DNA from: a virus
UHGV virus genome: UHGV-1836283
DNA length: 20,078 nucleotides
Reading direction: 5' to 3' (one strand)
The number at the start of each line of letters is the position of its first letter. The stretch's first letter is position 1. The translations under genes and the position numbers were made by a program. A model generated the notes under the pieces. That model saw nothing but the letters and a program-made list of their open reading frames with translations. It was not told the origin of the DNA and searched no databases. Below, piece after piece: positions 9,159 through 18,665 of the stretch.

Positions 9159-10654
9159 TATGCAGACTCCTCTGAATACTGAAGACGGAACTGGTTAACC
9201 ACGGCAAAGACACGCAACTGGTTAACATAGTCAGGCGGGAACAGCGTGTTCAGGCGGTTCGGATCGCTGGCATCACGCTCCACAACCAGGTACTGCTTAA
9301 ACAGTTCGTAGTTTTCCACGATCCCCGCACGCTCAAGCTGACGGTAGGTTGCCAGCAGTTCCCCTTTGATCACCGCCGGGGTGACAATCGCCTGACCGGG
9401 ACCAAAGCGGGTACCGTCACTGGCAAGCTTGTGACGCCCGTACTTACTGGTAATGACGGATTTCAGTTTGCGCAGTACATACGCGCTGGTATGCAGTGTC
9501 TCACTGTCGAGGTAGCTGTTATCCGCAACCCCGTAAGCGTTTTTCCTGTACGTGGTGACATCACGCTGAATGCGCAGTACCCCGCTTTCGACATACGCCG
9601 TTGCCACGCCATGAGACAGCAGGGTCTGTTGTTCGGTCATCGTGAACCGTTTCCCCTTCGGCGCAGGCAGCATACCCACCATCTCACCGGTCTGCGTGGG
9701 ACGTGCCGGATCGTTGCGGATAAACACCGCTGCGCGGGCGGTACGGCTGGCTGCCAGCTCGTCGGCAGGCGTCTGGGTCTCTTTTTCGTACCCCGCCAGG
9801 GTGATGTGCTGCTGGTTAAACTGGTCACCTGCGTTCACCAGTTCTGACAGTGTGCCGGCCTTTGCCGTATACACATGACCATACAGCTGACGCGCATAGC
9901 TCCAGCGACCGCTGGTATCGTTCATCTCGGTCACCAGCGTGTTAACAGAGGCCGTGTCGTTGAACGGCAGACCGATATAATCAAACGGCTCATCCGCCAT
10001 TGCAGCCACCGCGCCGGTGAGAACCGGAGCGCCCGTTCCGGCGGTCCCCGTCGCCACGGCAATCTGTACGCCCGCTGGCAGCACTTCGCCCCCACCGAAG
10101 CCGTAGTAATTGAGGCTGACAGGAATTTCATTCCCGCAAAGCCCCTTATGGCGAGCGGTCAATGTAACCACACCAGCCGAAGATGAGGCCGTAAACGGCA
10201 GGGCCGGAACGGCATTGATGGCATCTTTGATACTGCTGGCAATCGTCGCGACGTTATCGCCGTTGGTCACCGGTGCCTGCACGCGGGTACGTCCCACATA
10301 AACATTCACCGTGCCGGTTTCGGTTGCTGCCCCGGTCACCGTCAGCGTAACTGTTGCCGCCGCGCCTGTGGATTCAGGAACGGCAATCACATACAGCTCG
10401 CCAAACGGGTCGGTCTGGCGATAAGCCTCGACCATACGCGCCAGCTGACTTCCCGCACCACAAATCTGGCGTGCATAGTCTGCCGACGGCATCAGTACCA
10501 GACTGTTGGCAACAATCTCTGCACCGTTATTGGCATGACCAATCAGCAGCGATGCTCCGCTGTCCTGTGCAGTATTCGCCGCCTGGTTATCCATTTCCGC
10601 ATAAAACAACGGAACCAGCGTATTCGACGGAATGGTGTTAAAGCTTATCGTCAT
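9158..10654 (-). CDS. Contractile tail sheath protein (Mu gp39 / L-like)
   Basis: 498 aa; sheath-like sequence and conserved sheath-tube-chaperone-tape measure order. Confidence 0.9.
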   Translation of the reverse strand: MTISFNTIPSNTLVPLFYAEMDNQAANTAQDSGASLLIGHANNGAEIVANSLVLMPSADYARQICGAGSQLARMVEAYRQTDPFGELYVIAVPESTGAAATVTLTVTGAATETGTVNVYVGRTRVQAPVTNGDNVATIASSIKDAINAVPALPFTASSSAGVVTLTARHKGLCGNEIPVSLNYYGFGGGEVLPAGVQIAVATGTAGTGAPVLTGAVAAMADEPFDYIGLPFNDTASVNTLVTEMNDTSGRWSYARQLYGHVYTAKAGTLSELVNAGDQFNQQHITLAGYEKETQTPADELAASRTARAAVFIRNDPARPTQTGEMVGMLPAPKGKRFTMTEQQTLLSHGVATAYVESGVLRIQRDVTTYRKNAYGVADNSYLDSETLHTSAYVLRKLKSVITSKYGRHKLASDGTRFGPGQAIVTPAVIKGELLATYRQLERAGIVENYELFKQYLVVERDASDPNRLNTLFPPDYVNQLRVFAVVNQFRLQYSEESA

Positions 10655-10808
10655 CGGTATTCACCTTTTTATTCACGCGCCGGATATCACCCGCTGCTTC
10701 ACGGCGCAGCCAGTAGTTGTTCTCGTCAACATTTCGCCCTTCGGCGGGCAAAAGGTCGCCGCGGGCAGGGTCAGGCACTGACCGCCCTTTAACAGGTTTG
10801 ACAAACAT
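10638..10808 (-). CDS. Small hypothetical protein (56 aa), below the ORF-track size cut-off
   Basis: ATG at 10808 preceded by GAGGA at 5-nt spacing, 8 nt after the upstream gene stop; TAA at 10638-10640 overlaps the sheath start by 17 nt. Translation MFVKPVKGRSVPDPARGDLLPAEGRNVDENNYWLRREAAGDIRRVNKKVNTDDDKL. Confidence 0.45.
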   Translation of the reverse strand: MFVKPVKGRSVPDPARGDLLPAEGRNVDENNYWLRREAAGDIRRVNKKVNTDDDKL

Positions 10809-10816
10809 GAGGATCC

Positions 10817-11377
10817 TCAGGAAGGAAGGGTTATTTCGGTGTGATGTTCGATATCGCCGTCAGGCCCGTTACCGGGCTCGAGATAATCAACATCAATCGC
10901 CAGCGTTTGCAGTTCATCCAGACTGTTCAGATCATCCTGCTGGCGGGTATCGTCTTCAGTCAGCTCGCTGATGACCGAAAAATCGAACTGATAAATCAGC
11001 TCATGACGATTCAGATCCAGCAGCGTGCCGCCGTCATAGGTAATCGGGTTACCACACGCTTCCGGGTTCCAGCCCAGCAGAGCCTTAAAGAGCATCTGCC
11101 GGACATCGTCCACCACATCATACGAGGCAAACTGACCGCGCTCATCACGCCCGTTACTCAGTATGACAACCACGGAGAAGCCCTCTTTCAGCTCCTGCCA
11201 GTAGTCGGTCTGGCTTTTGTTTTCTCCCGGAGAGTCATCACCCGGTACCACATACGCCGCCGGGAGTCTCAGCTTTCCGACCTCCGGCAGATTTTTGAAC
11301 TGTGCCGCGCCTGCCACCCGGTTTTCAAAATACGGACAGCGGGCACGCAGTGCAGCAATAACGGGCGTCAGTTTCAT
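10817..11377 (-). CDS. Mu gp37-like virion protein (DUF1834-type)
   Basis: 186 aa; recognised family pattern and position upstream of the sheath gene. Confidence 0.65.
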   Translation of the reverse strand: MKLTPVIAALRARCPYFENRVAGAAQFKNLPEVGKLRLPAAYVVPGDDSPGENKSQTDYWQELKEGFSVVVILSNGRDERGQFASYDVVDDVRQMLFKALLGWNPEACGNPITYDGGTLLDLNRHELIYQFDFSVISELTEDDTRQQDDLNSLDELQTLAIDVDYLEPGNGPDGDIEHHTEITLPS

Positions 11378-11880
11378 CTGTGTCGTCGCTCCGGCTTCAG
11401 TGATTTACGCAATTCCCGCGCCAGAAAATAGCGTGTCCAGCTGCGGTTCTTTTCAAGAGTTTCCACCATGAAGTTATTACGTGGAGCCAGTCGCCAGCCG
11501 CTGCCACCGGATGCACCACGATGATGGCCGCGACGACGCTTTGCCCCTCGCCTCACGCCATAGAACAAAAAAGCCGGATAAAAATCACCGGTGATACGGC
11601 GGTTTCCCTCTCCATTACGCTGGTTAGGGGCTATACGTGCCATAAAACCAGGGCGATGTTTACTGGCTCTGGGTACCATGTAACCAATTGAGCGAGCCAG
11701 GCGTCCGGTCTGATAACCGGGGTTTTCACCCGGTGCCGACCGCGCACGGCGCATCACCAGCCGACGGGCATCACGCATATGACGCTGACCAATCGTGACA
11801 AACGCCCGCCGGACATGGGCGCGGTTAAAGCGCATCTCCGCGGGCTGCTGAAAATCAACGTGCAAAAAGGAAGTCGTCAT
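11374..11880 (-). CDS. Virion morphogenesis / tail completion protein (HK97 gp10-like)
   Basis: 168 aa, very basic C-terminus; sits between head closure and tail genes. Confidence 0.6.
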   Translation of the reverse strand: MTTSFLHVDFQQPAEMRFNRAHVRRAFVTIGQRHMRDARRLVMRRARSAPGENPGYQTGRLARSIGYMVPRASKHRPGFMARIAPNQRNGEGNRRITGDFYPAFLFYGVRRGAKRRRGHHRGASGGSGWRLAPRNNFMVETLEKNRSWTRYFLARELRKSLKPERRHR

Positions 11881-12265
11881 TGTTGCCTCCGTGACTCTGC
11901 CTACATTCGCCCAGCTCCGTACACTCCAGCAGCAGAAAGCGCCGCGCTCCGTTCAGATCGCGCTGACGTTTCACCCGGTACACACTGTCACCGCAGACCA
12001 CCTCATAATCAGCGGTGATCCCCCGGCGGTAACGAATGGTGATGTAATGGGTGATGGCGTCTCCGGTCTGCGCGGTTTCCTGCCAGGTGGTGGCACTGGT
12101 CTGGATAACCTTCGCCCATGCCCGGAACGCAACCGGGTATTGAGGCTCCACGCCAAAGTTATCCGCGGGCATATCCACCCGCTGGCGGATCAGGACGCGT
12201 TTATTCAGTTCGCCGGGGTCCGGCAGAATGTAGGTTGCGCTGGTCTGCGCCTGACGAATTTTCAT
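11855..12265 (-). CDS. Head closure / head-tail adaptor protein
   Basis: 136 aa; family-like pattern (…AWAKVIQTSATTWQETAQTGDAITHYITIRYR…RFLLLECTE); follows the connector gene. Confidence 0.7.
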   Translation of the reverse strand: MKIRQAQTSATYILPDPGELNKRVLIRQRVDMPADNFGVEPQYPVAFRAWAKVIQTSATTWQETAQTGDAITHYITIRYRRGITADYEVVCGDSVYRVKRQRDLNGARRFLLLECTELGECRQSHGGNNDDFLFAR

Positions 12266-12585
12266 AGTGGTATAAGGCGATAAGGAACAACCAACCAGTT
12301 AAAACTCATTGGCAACTCCATTTTCTCAACGTCTGTAACCGTTGAGCGGTTTTCGTAGAAATGGCTGACAAGTAGCAGAAGCGCCAGCTTCACATCATCA
12401 GATATCACAAGCCCATCAGGATCATCCGCAGGCCTGTCATCTGCGGTTGCATACAACTTACGGTTAAGGAAGTTTTCCGTACGACTCTGAGCGGCCTTAC
12501 CAAGCAGTTCAAGCAACTCATCTTCATCAGAGAAATCATCATCCAGACGGAGCTGAAGCTTAATCTCTTCCATTTTTAACAGCAT
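12262..12585 (-). CDS. Head-tail connector (gp6-like); start moved to ATG at 12585
   Basis: MLLKMEEIKLQLRLDDDFSDEDELLELL… matches the gp6-like connector family. AGGAGG lies 4 nt upstream of the ATG at 12585; the ORF-track start at 12630 runs through a hairpin and A-run. Confidence 0.7.
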   Translation of the reverse strand: MLLKMEEIKLQLRLDDDFSDEDELLELLGKAAQSRTENFLNRKLYATADDRPADDPDGLVISDDVKLALLLLVSHFYENRSTVTDVEKMELPMSFNWLVVPYRLIPL

Positions 12586-12595
12586 AAAACCTCCT

Positions 12596-12637
12596 GTGCC
12601 CGCCAGAACGCGGGCACAAAAAAACCGCATTACGCGG
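12596..12637 (-). promoter_or_regulatory. Hairpin pair after the major capsid gene: weak terminator plus strong stem abutting the next RBS
   Basis: Minus-strand RNA: CCGC-GUAAU-GCGG + U7, then 8-bp stem GUGCCCGC/GCGGGCAC, then AGGAGG-UUUU-AUG of the connector gene. Confidence 0.45.
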
Positions 12638-12663
12638 CGTGCTGTATTACGTAAAAAGACTAA

Positions 12664-13893
12664 TCAACCACCAACGCTACCTTTCCCCACCAGCGCTTTA
12701 ATGGCAGAGGTGTCTTCCAGGATACAGTCAAAACGATGGAAGGCCAGAAAACCGGTCTGATCATATTCCGCGTAACGCTCAACCAGACGTTTAAGAATCA
12801 TGTATCGCACACGACGGATAATGAAGCGATCAAAGTCACCACAGAACATGAATTTTTTACCCGCCCCGATATCATCAATTTCCTGATCAATGACATACGG
12901 TACATTCAACACTGAAGCAGGTGCCACACCAACAATATCCGGCAACCATAAAGGGCGTCCCTGACCGTCTTCCATCTCACTGATCAGTTTCAGCGTATTA
13001 TCGTTAAACGCCAGGCGGAATTTCGGCCCGCGACGATATGCAGGATCAATGCTGTGTTTCAGAGCCAGAATTTCCTGCCACTTCACCGTATTTGCCGCGG
13101 CAGTCTGTGTTGTGCCGGTCACAGATGCGACCAGCCCTTTGGGTTGTTTAGGCGTACCAGCACCAGTTCCCTGAATCAGATAACGGGCTTCACCACGACC
13201 AATACGTTCAGCAATACGACGGGCAAGATAAGCTTCCATATCGATCGCGCTGTCCTGCAGCAACTCATTAGACACACGAATGATTTTCGATGTCATTTTG
13301 AGCGCCCCAAGACTTCCCATACCGAAATCGGTGTCTTCTTCACCGGCTTCTTCATTTTCGCCCAGCAGAACACCAACTTCGGAAGTACCATCAGCTGTTG
13401 CCCACTCCATAGTGCGACCGTCAGAAGTGGTAAGAATCTGCGCCACACTGGCGATGCCACCGTAGGACTTCATCTTCTCAACAACTTTCGCCAGGAATGT
13501 TTCTGGTACGGTATATCCGCCCTTTTCATCCTGAGCTACGCCCTGGGCACGAAGTTCACGCAACGCCTTTCGTTCTTCTGATGTCAGCTCACTGGCACCG
13601 TGACGCATCCACTTATCAAAAACCTGAGCTCGTTTCTCATCCTGTTGCGGATTGTTTTCCGGATCAAGATTCTGACGCTGCTCTTCCTCATTGCTTTCAA
13701 TGTACGCCTGATCCTGACGACGCAGTTCTTCTTCGCGTGCAATTCGTTCATCAAGCGCTTCCAGTTCGGATTTTGCTTTGTTCCACTCAGTGCGCTGCTC
13801 TTCCGTCCATGCGTTATCACCAATTTTTTCATTCAGGGCACGCATGTCAGTTGCGATAGTATTACGTTTCTGTTTCAGTTCATGCAGTTTCAT
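12664..13893 (-). CDS. Major capsid protein, HK97 family
   Basis: 409 aa; charged coiled-coil N-terminal region (delta-domain-like) and HK97-type body; preceded by AGGAA RBS. Confidence 0.9.
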   Translation of the reverse strand: MKLHELKQKRNTIATDMRALNEKIGDNAWTEEQRTEWNKAKSELEALDERIAREEELRRQDQAYIESNEEEQRQNLDPENNPQQDEKRAQVFDKWMRHGASELTSEERKALRELRAQGVAQDEKGGYTVPETFLAKVVEKMKSYGGIASVAQILTTSDGRTMEWATADGTSEVGVLLGENEEAGEEDTDFGMGSLGALKMTSKIIRVSNELLQDSAIDMEAYLARRIAERIGRGEARYLIQGTGAGTPKQPKGLVASVTGTTQTAAANTVKWQEILALKHSIDPAYRRGPKFRLAFNDNTLKLISEMEDGQGRPLWLPDIVGVAPASVLNVPYVIDQEIDDIGAGKKFMFCGDFDRFIIRRVRYMILKRLVERYAEYDQTGFLAFHRFDCILEDTSAIKALVGKGSVGG

Positions 13894-13903
13894 GATGTTT
13901 CCT

Positions 13904-14506
13904 TTACGCGTTAAGAAGGGTCAGGACGCGCTCACGCGCCATACGTTGATTAATGGCTTTCTGTAGCGCGCCGCTGTTGCGCGCCTCCTGCCATGCTTTC
14001 ATGGAGCGAACAGCCGAGTCAGCCTCCTGATAGGCAGGATATGTCACAGGACTGACATCCAGCAGACGGGAAAAGCGGGTTATCTCGCGAATAACAACCC
14101 CGTCCTCATCCTGATACCACTCCTCGCCGTCACGGGCGACACGGAAAGCAAAAGATGACTGGTTAATATCTCCACGTTGCATCGGGGCCAGCACCAGATC
14201 ACGAATGGTCTGTGTCTCCGGAGCCTGGATGTCATAGCGCAATCCGCGCTCATCAACTGAAAGATTCAGCGTGCCTGCTGCACTACGCCCAAGAATAAAA
14301 TTAGGATCGTGGTTAAACAGTGCGCGTACATCATCACCAAGCACATCGTCAAAAGCGCCGGGCCGGATGATTTCGCGGAATGAACCAAATATCAGCTCAG
14401 AACGACAGTCAAACACCGATCCATAACCGATAATGTGCGCAGGGTTATCGTCATGCCGCTCAGCACGCACCTCACCGCTGTAACAACGGATTTCACGGTC
14501 ATTCAT
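13904..14506 (-). CDS. Prohead protease, HK97 family; start moved to ATG at 14506
   Basis: HK97-family protease sequence (…AHIIGYGSVFD…). ATG at 14506 (MNDREIR…) has a GAGGGA RBS and overlaps the portal stop (ATGAATGA); the ORF-track start at 14563 lacks an RBS. Confidence 0.85.
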   Translation of the reverse strand: MNDREIRCYSGEVRAERHDDNPAHIIGYGSVFDCRSELIFGSFREIIRPGAFDDVLGDDVRALFNHDPNFILGRSAAGTLNLSVDERGLRYDIQAPETQTIRDLVLAPMQRGDINQSSFAFRVARDGEEWYQDEDGVVIREITRFSRLLDVSPVTYPAYQEADSAVRSMKAWQEARNSGALQKAINQRMARERVLTLLNA

Positions 14507-15725
14507 TGGTTTTTCCCTCATCTTTTTTTGGGGGCTTAAAATCTCCTGCCGGGTTAGCAGCATTCACGCTTACCAGCATCTCATCCAGCCCTTCAACCGG
14601 ATTCATATCCTCGAATGCGCGGGCCTCATTACGGCTCATCCATCCATCGGTAATAGCGAAGTGATAGAATTGCGCGCGCTCCTGCGGAGTTCCGCGTAAA
14701 AGCCCCGTCAGATTGAACCTGACGTAATACCCGGCGGCTAACTCAGCGCGGGTAAACAAGCGACGGTTAAGCTCCTGCTCCCAGTTCGTCACCCACGGCA
14801 TCATCGTGTAGCGGACAAACTGAATCGCCTGCGCAGAAATATTGGAGAAGGTGGCTTTTTCGAGGTCATTAATCATGTGCGCAGGAATATTGAAAATACC
14901 GGCAATCATTGAACGGTTCAGTTTCATCATGTCAATGATCTGAGCGTCAACTGGCGACACAGTCAGTGCCTTGTAATCCAGATCGGCTGGCAGCAGCATG
15001 GTTTTGTTTTCCTGGCTGCGTAACGCCTGCGATGCCTTCTGCCACTGATCTTTAAGCCAGCCCCAGCTGTCCTTATTGAGTCCGCTTTTAACGGATACTA
15101 TCCCCGCCGGACGGGCATTACCGCTGAAGAAGCTTTCTGTGTATTTCTGACCGCTCATCCCCATGCCTATTGTTTCGGCATGTTGCATAATCGGACTCAG
15201 CCCCATCTTCTGATTATTACCCAGCGCACGGATGTGGATCATATCGTCGGGGCTGATCGCAAACGCCCCATATTCGTTGTACAAACCGTAGGTGTATCGG
15301 CCACCAGTATTCATCAGCGTCGTTTCCCACGGCATACAGCAATCCAGGGATATGACTTCACCGCGACGATTACGTTTCACCCAGGTATACCCATTCCCCC
15401 AGCCAAGGATGTGACGTTGCTTCAGTTCGCGCCATTTGTAACTGGTTTGCCAGGTATTGGGCTCATCATGAACCAGATAAAACGCCGGATGATCGCGTGC
15501 GGGCTCAACCTTCCCATTGTGCCTGCGCATAACATGCAACGGCATCTGGGCAAGGCTGGAAGACAGGACATAGATACAGGAATACACCGCAGCCAGTTTC
15601 ATCGCAGTTTCAGGACTGACATAAACGTCTGCCCGGAACAGCCCATCAGTATCAACGGCATCCCCGGTTATCGGGGTGGAAGGATTCTCCAGTGATTTAC
15701 TTCTGAACAGAGCATCAAGCAGCAC
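14499..15725 (-). CDS. Portal protein, HK97 family
   Basis: 408 aa; recognised portal family; the start codon at 15725 is GTG. Confidence 0.9.
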   Translation of the reverse strand: MLLDALFRSKSLENPSTPITGDAVDTDGLFRADVYVSPETAMKLAAVYSCIYVLSSSLAQMPLHVMRRHNGKVEPARDHPAFYLVHDEPNTWQTSYKWRELKQRHILGWGNGYTWVKRNRRGEVISLDCCMPWETTLMNTGGRYTYGLYNEYGAFAISPDDMIHIRALGNNQKMGLSPIMQHAETIGMGMSGQKYTESFFSGNARPAGIVSVKSGLNKDSWGWLKDQWQKASQALRSQENKTMLLPADLDYKALTVSPVDAQIIDMMKLNRSMIAGIFNIPAHMINDLEKATFSNISAQAIQFVRYTMMPWVTNWEQELNRRLFTRAELAAGYYVRFNLTGLLRGTPQERAQFYHFAITDGWMSRNEARAFEDMNPVEGLDEMLVSVNAANPAGDFKPPKKDEGKTNE

Positions 15726-15876
15726 GCGTCCCCCTTCTGGCCATAGCCAGTGCGCCCACCAGCAGTAAACCGCCGGACAGCATCAGAGCCGGAGCCATAC
15801 CAAACTGCAGGTAAAACCCGCACGTAAGCAGGCCAAAACCAGCCAACCCGATAACATCAGCAATTAGTGATTTCAT
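15715..15876 (-). CDS. Small predicted two-helix membrane protein (53 aa) between terminase large subunit and portal
   Basis: ATG overlaps the terminase stop (ATGA); stop overlaps the portal start. Translation [53 protein letters not shown]: two hydrophobic stretches, basic C-terminus. No strong RBS. Confidence 0.4.
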   Translation of the reverse strand: MKSLIADVIGLAGFGLLTCGFYLQFGMAPALMLSGGLLLVGALAMARRGTRAA

Positions 15877-17606
15877 AGAATTAAGAGAACATCGTCCGGA
15901 TCAAGAGATGAGAGGAAATCGTCGGGTTCTTTGAGCATTGCCCGACCGATCGCCATAATCAGTGCAACCGCACCATCGATTTTGTTTTCCGCCTGCTCCT
16001 TGACAGGCTTCACCACATCATCGTTACCCGGAATGGTTTTGCCGACCACGTTGCCGATACACCAGGTCATGATGGGATTGCCGTCATGATGAAAGCGCCC
16101 CGATTCAATCGCCGCTTCCAGCTCTTTCATCGGATCGGACATGTTGGTGTAGTTCTGAATGATGGTGATGGGGTTCAGGTCTTCATCAGCAAGGTCATGC
16201 GACAGCCCGGTCGCCCCGAAGGGGTCGATGGGTGACTCACTGACCGGGCTGATTTTGTTCGCCGCTTTGGCCTCCTCGAGGATGTAGCGATAATCCACCT
16301 CCGCACCAGCGGTAACAGTCAGAACGCCCATTTCCACCCATTTCTGAAAGCGTTCGGCTGTCCGGCGATCTTCATTTTTCTCGACGCTGTACACCGTGTC
16401 ATACGGTACCCAGAAACGCGGGGCCACACTGTAGTAATGCGTTTTACCGTCAATCTCGCGGGTATAAAGTCGCGCCATGCTGTTCATATCCAGCTTACGC
16501 GCCAGGTCAAAGGCCAGAATGCACGGCTGCCCCTCGAACTGCTCAAGGGTCAGTGATTTATCCTCGCAGCTCTGCCAGCTCACCAGGTTGAAATACGCCG
16601 AACGCGCCGACACCCAGATATTGAGGTGTTTTGTTTTAAAGACGTTTGCCAGACGGGCGTTATTTTTCGCACGCTGCTGCTGACTTAACAAAAATTCGCG
16701 ATAAACCGACACGCCAATATTCGGGTTGGCTTTTTCCAGCACCTGCGGGTCGGTCCAGTCATCGCCTTCGTCAACGGTATAGATGATCCCGAACAGTTCA
16801 TCGTTGGGTACCGAACCGTTGAGCATCTCGATAACTTCCCGCCGCTTGTCGTAGCACGGCCCCTCAATGTTGTACCCGGCGGTGGTGATGGCCCACATCA
16901 GTGGCTGACGTCGCGCCCCCATCCCGGTAAGCATCGTGGTATAAAGCGCATCGGTGGCGTGCTCGTGATATTCATCCACCACCGCACAGTGGGGTGATGA
17001 ACCATCACCGGGGTTACCGATCAGCGGTTCAAACCGCGCGCCATCCTCCGGACGGTTCATGTTTGAGGCGTTAACCTCAATCCCGAACGCTTCCGTCAGC
17101 ATGGGTGTGCGTTTACACATCAGTCGCGCCGGGCGAAAGACTTCCCACGCCTGTTTCTCTGTCGTGGCACCGGAATACACTTCCGCGCCAAACTCGTTAT
17201 CACAGGCAAAACAATACAGGGCGACACCGGCAGAGATTGCCGATTTGCCGTTCTTACGGGGGATTTCGGTATACACCTCCCGGAAGCGGCGCAGCCGGGT
17301 ACCTTTATTGACCCAGCCAAACGCACAGCAGATCACAAAGAGCTGCCACGGCTCCAGCGTGATGGGCATCCGTTTGAATGCCCACTCACCCTTGGTATGC
17401 GGCAACAGCTGAATAAATTTGGCGGCCCGTTCAGCCAGGTCCTTGTCGAAGCGGTAACGAAACGACTTACTTTTTTCCGCCATCAGGTCATCAAGATGGC
17501 GCTGGCAGGCCTGAATCACAAACTGGCAGGCCACAATCTTTCCGCGCACGACATCACGGGCATACTGATTGGCTGCATTTACGTTGGGGTAAGATTTCCG
17601 GCTCAT
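15873..17606 (-). CDS. Terminase large subunit
   Basis: 577 aa; Walker A-like motif EIPRKNGKS near the N-terminus; size and position after the small subunit. Confidence 0.9.
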   Translation of the reverse strand: MSRKSYPNVNAANQYARDVVRGKIVACQFVIQACQRHLDDLMAEKSKSFRYRFDKDLAERAAKFIQLLPHTKGEWAFKRMPITLEPWQLFVICCAFGWVNKGTRLRRFREVYTEIPRKNGKSAISAGVALYCFACDNEFGAEVYSGATTEKQAWEVFRPARLMCKRTPMLTEAFGIEVNASNMNRPEDGARFEPLIGNPGDGSSPHCAVVDEYHEHATDALYTTMLTGMGARRQPLMWAITTAGYNIEGPCYDKRREVIEMLNGSVPNDELFGIIYTVDEGDDWTDPQVLEKANPNIGVSVYREFLLSQQQRAKNNARLANVFKTKHLNIWVSARSAYFNLVSWQSCEDKSLTLEQFEGQPCILAFDLARKLDMNSMARLYTREIDGKTHYYSVAPRFWVPYDTVYSVEKNEDRRTAERFQKWVEMGVLTVTAGAEVDYRYILEEAKAANKISPVSESPIDPFGATGLSHDLADEDLNPITIIQNYTNMSDPMKELEAAIESGRFHHDGNPIMTWCIGNVVGKTIPGNDDVVKPVKEQAENKIDGAVALIMAIGRAMLKEPDDFLSSLDPDDVLLIL

Positions 17607-17619
17607 GATTCGATGATTT

Positions 17620-18105
17620 TCAGATTGTCAGAAACGGGTTAGTGGCTTTCTTCTTCCCCGCCAGGCCAATCAGACGCTGGCGGCTGCTGGGGTCGAGTCC
17701 GAGCATTGCCCCCGTGCTGCTCATCTCGGACTCCTGTTCTTTTTTGGCGGTCAGCTCCGGATTTTTGACCATGCCGCCCATTGCACCGGTGATGGTGTTG
17801 CCCTGTCTGGCAATATTTTTCACGGCACGTCGCCAGAATTCATAGGCCACACACCACCGCTCAAGTACCGCCAGGTCAGTCACGCACAGCAGGCCCTGAC
17901 CGCAGAGTTCTTTGGTTGTCAGTTGCCACATGATCGTGGCGAGAGGGAGATCTTCTTCAGCGAACCACTCCGGTGGCTCAACACCTTTGATGGGCGTAAA
18001 AACAGGTTCATCTTTATTCAGGGCTCGCTTGCCGGGGTTTCCGGCCAGCGCCTTGCGCGCCGTTGGCTTGGGGCGACGCCCGGAACGCCCCGCCGTTCCA
18101 GCCAT
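17620..18105 (-). CDS. Terminase small subunit, P27 family; start most likely ATG at 18105
   Basis: P27-type N-terminus [27 protein letters not shown]; AGGAG lies 9 nt upstream of the ATG at 18105. The ORF-track start at 18114 is a GTG with no RBS. Confidence 0.85.
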   Translation of the reverse strand: MAGTAGRSGRRPKPTARKALAGNPGKRALNKDEPVFTPIKGVEPPEWFAEEDLPLATIMWQLTTKELCGQGLLCVTDLAVLERWCVAYEFWRRAVKNIARQGNTITGAMGGMVKNPELTAKKEQESEMSSTGAMLGLDPSSRQRLIGLAGKKKATNPFLTI

Positions 18106-18144
18106 ATGCGGCACTCCTGGTTAAATTTCATTTTTCGCGGGTAT

Positions 18145-18204
18145 AAAAAAACGATGGGGCGGGCAGTCCGGAAGACGTCAGGTCACAGGGATTTGACCCG
18201 CCCC
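18145..18204 (-). promoter_or_regulatory. GC-rich dyad with U-tract between HNH and terminase genes: candidate cos/packaging site or terminator
   Basis: 8-bp inverted repeat GGGGCGGG (18156-18163) / CCCGCCCC (18197-18204) around a 33-nt loop containing a nested GGTCA/TGACC dyad. On the minus strand it is followed by AUCG + U7. Confidence 0.4.
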
Positions 18205-18230
18205 TCCCCTCAGACAGTTGAGAATTATTA

Positions 18231-18581
18231 TCACTTTAACCGTTCACGGGCCGTCTTCGCCTTATGACACGGCCAGCACAGACTCTGCAGATTACTGTCA
18301 GCATCAGTGCCGCCATGCGCTTTAGGGATGATGTGGTCAACAGTTTTCGCCTCACGCACCACACCAGAACGCAGACATAACTGACACAGGCCTTTGTCAC
18401 GCTTCAGGACACGCGCGCGGATACTGTCCCACTTCGAACCGTAGCCGCGCTGATGACGGGATTGTCCAGGTTTGTATTGCTTCCAGCCTTCGCTTTTGTG
18501 GCTTTCGCAATAGCCTGACGGGTCAGTGGTGGTATTACGGCAACCTCGAGCACGGCAGGCTTTCGGGATTCGTGGCGGCAT
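18231..18581 (-). CDS. HNH endonuclease (terminase-associated type)
   Basis: 116 aa; Cys-rich N-terminus and HNH motif …DHIIPKAHGGTDADSNLQSLCWPCHKAK…; GGAGA RBS 9 nt upstream; immediately upstream of terS. Confidence 0.85.
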   Translation of the reverse strand: MPPRIPKACRARGCRNTTTDPSGYCESHKSEGWKQYKPGQSRHQRGYGSKWDSIRARVLKRDKGLCQLCLRSGVVREAKTVDHIIPKAHGGTDADSNLQSLCWPCHKAKTARERLK

Positions 18582-18665
18582 ATGTACTAATCTCCGATTT
18601 ATCCAAATTTAACTGCCATAATGCCGACATTCTCTGCCATTGTTGGCTCCGTTTATCCGTTAAAA

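Noticed and set aside
10841-11431. 196-aa plus-strand ORF, and similar long plus-strand ORFs such as 3130..3588, 5318..5815, 9431..9847, 13054..13581 and 15180..15695
   Set aside because: All lie antisense to minus-strand structural genes with clear family matches and tight operon organisation. Their translations are Arg/Gln/Pro-rich and low in complexity, as expected from GC-rich antisense frames.
18145-18204. Calling the GC dyad a definite cos site on resemblance to lambda cosN
   Set aside because: The resemblance (GGGGCGGGCAGTCC versus lambda GGGCGGCGACCT) is loose and from memory. The element is equally consistent with a terminator, so it is kept only as a candidate.
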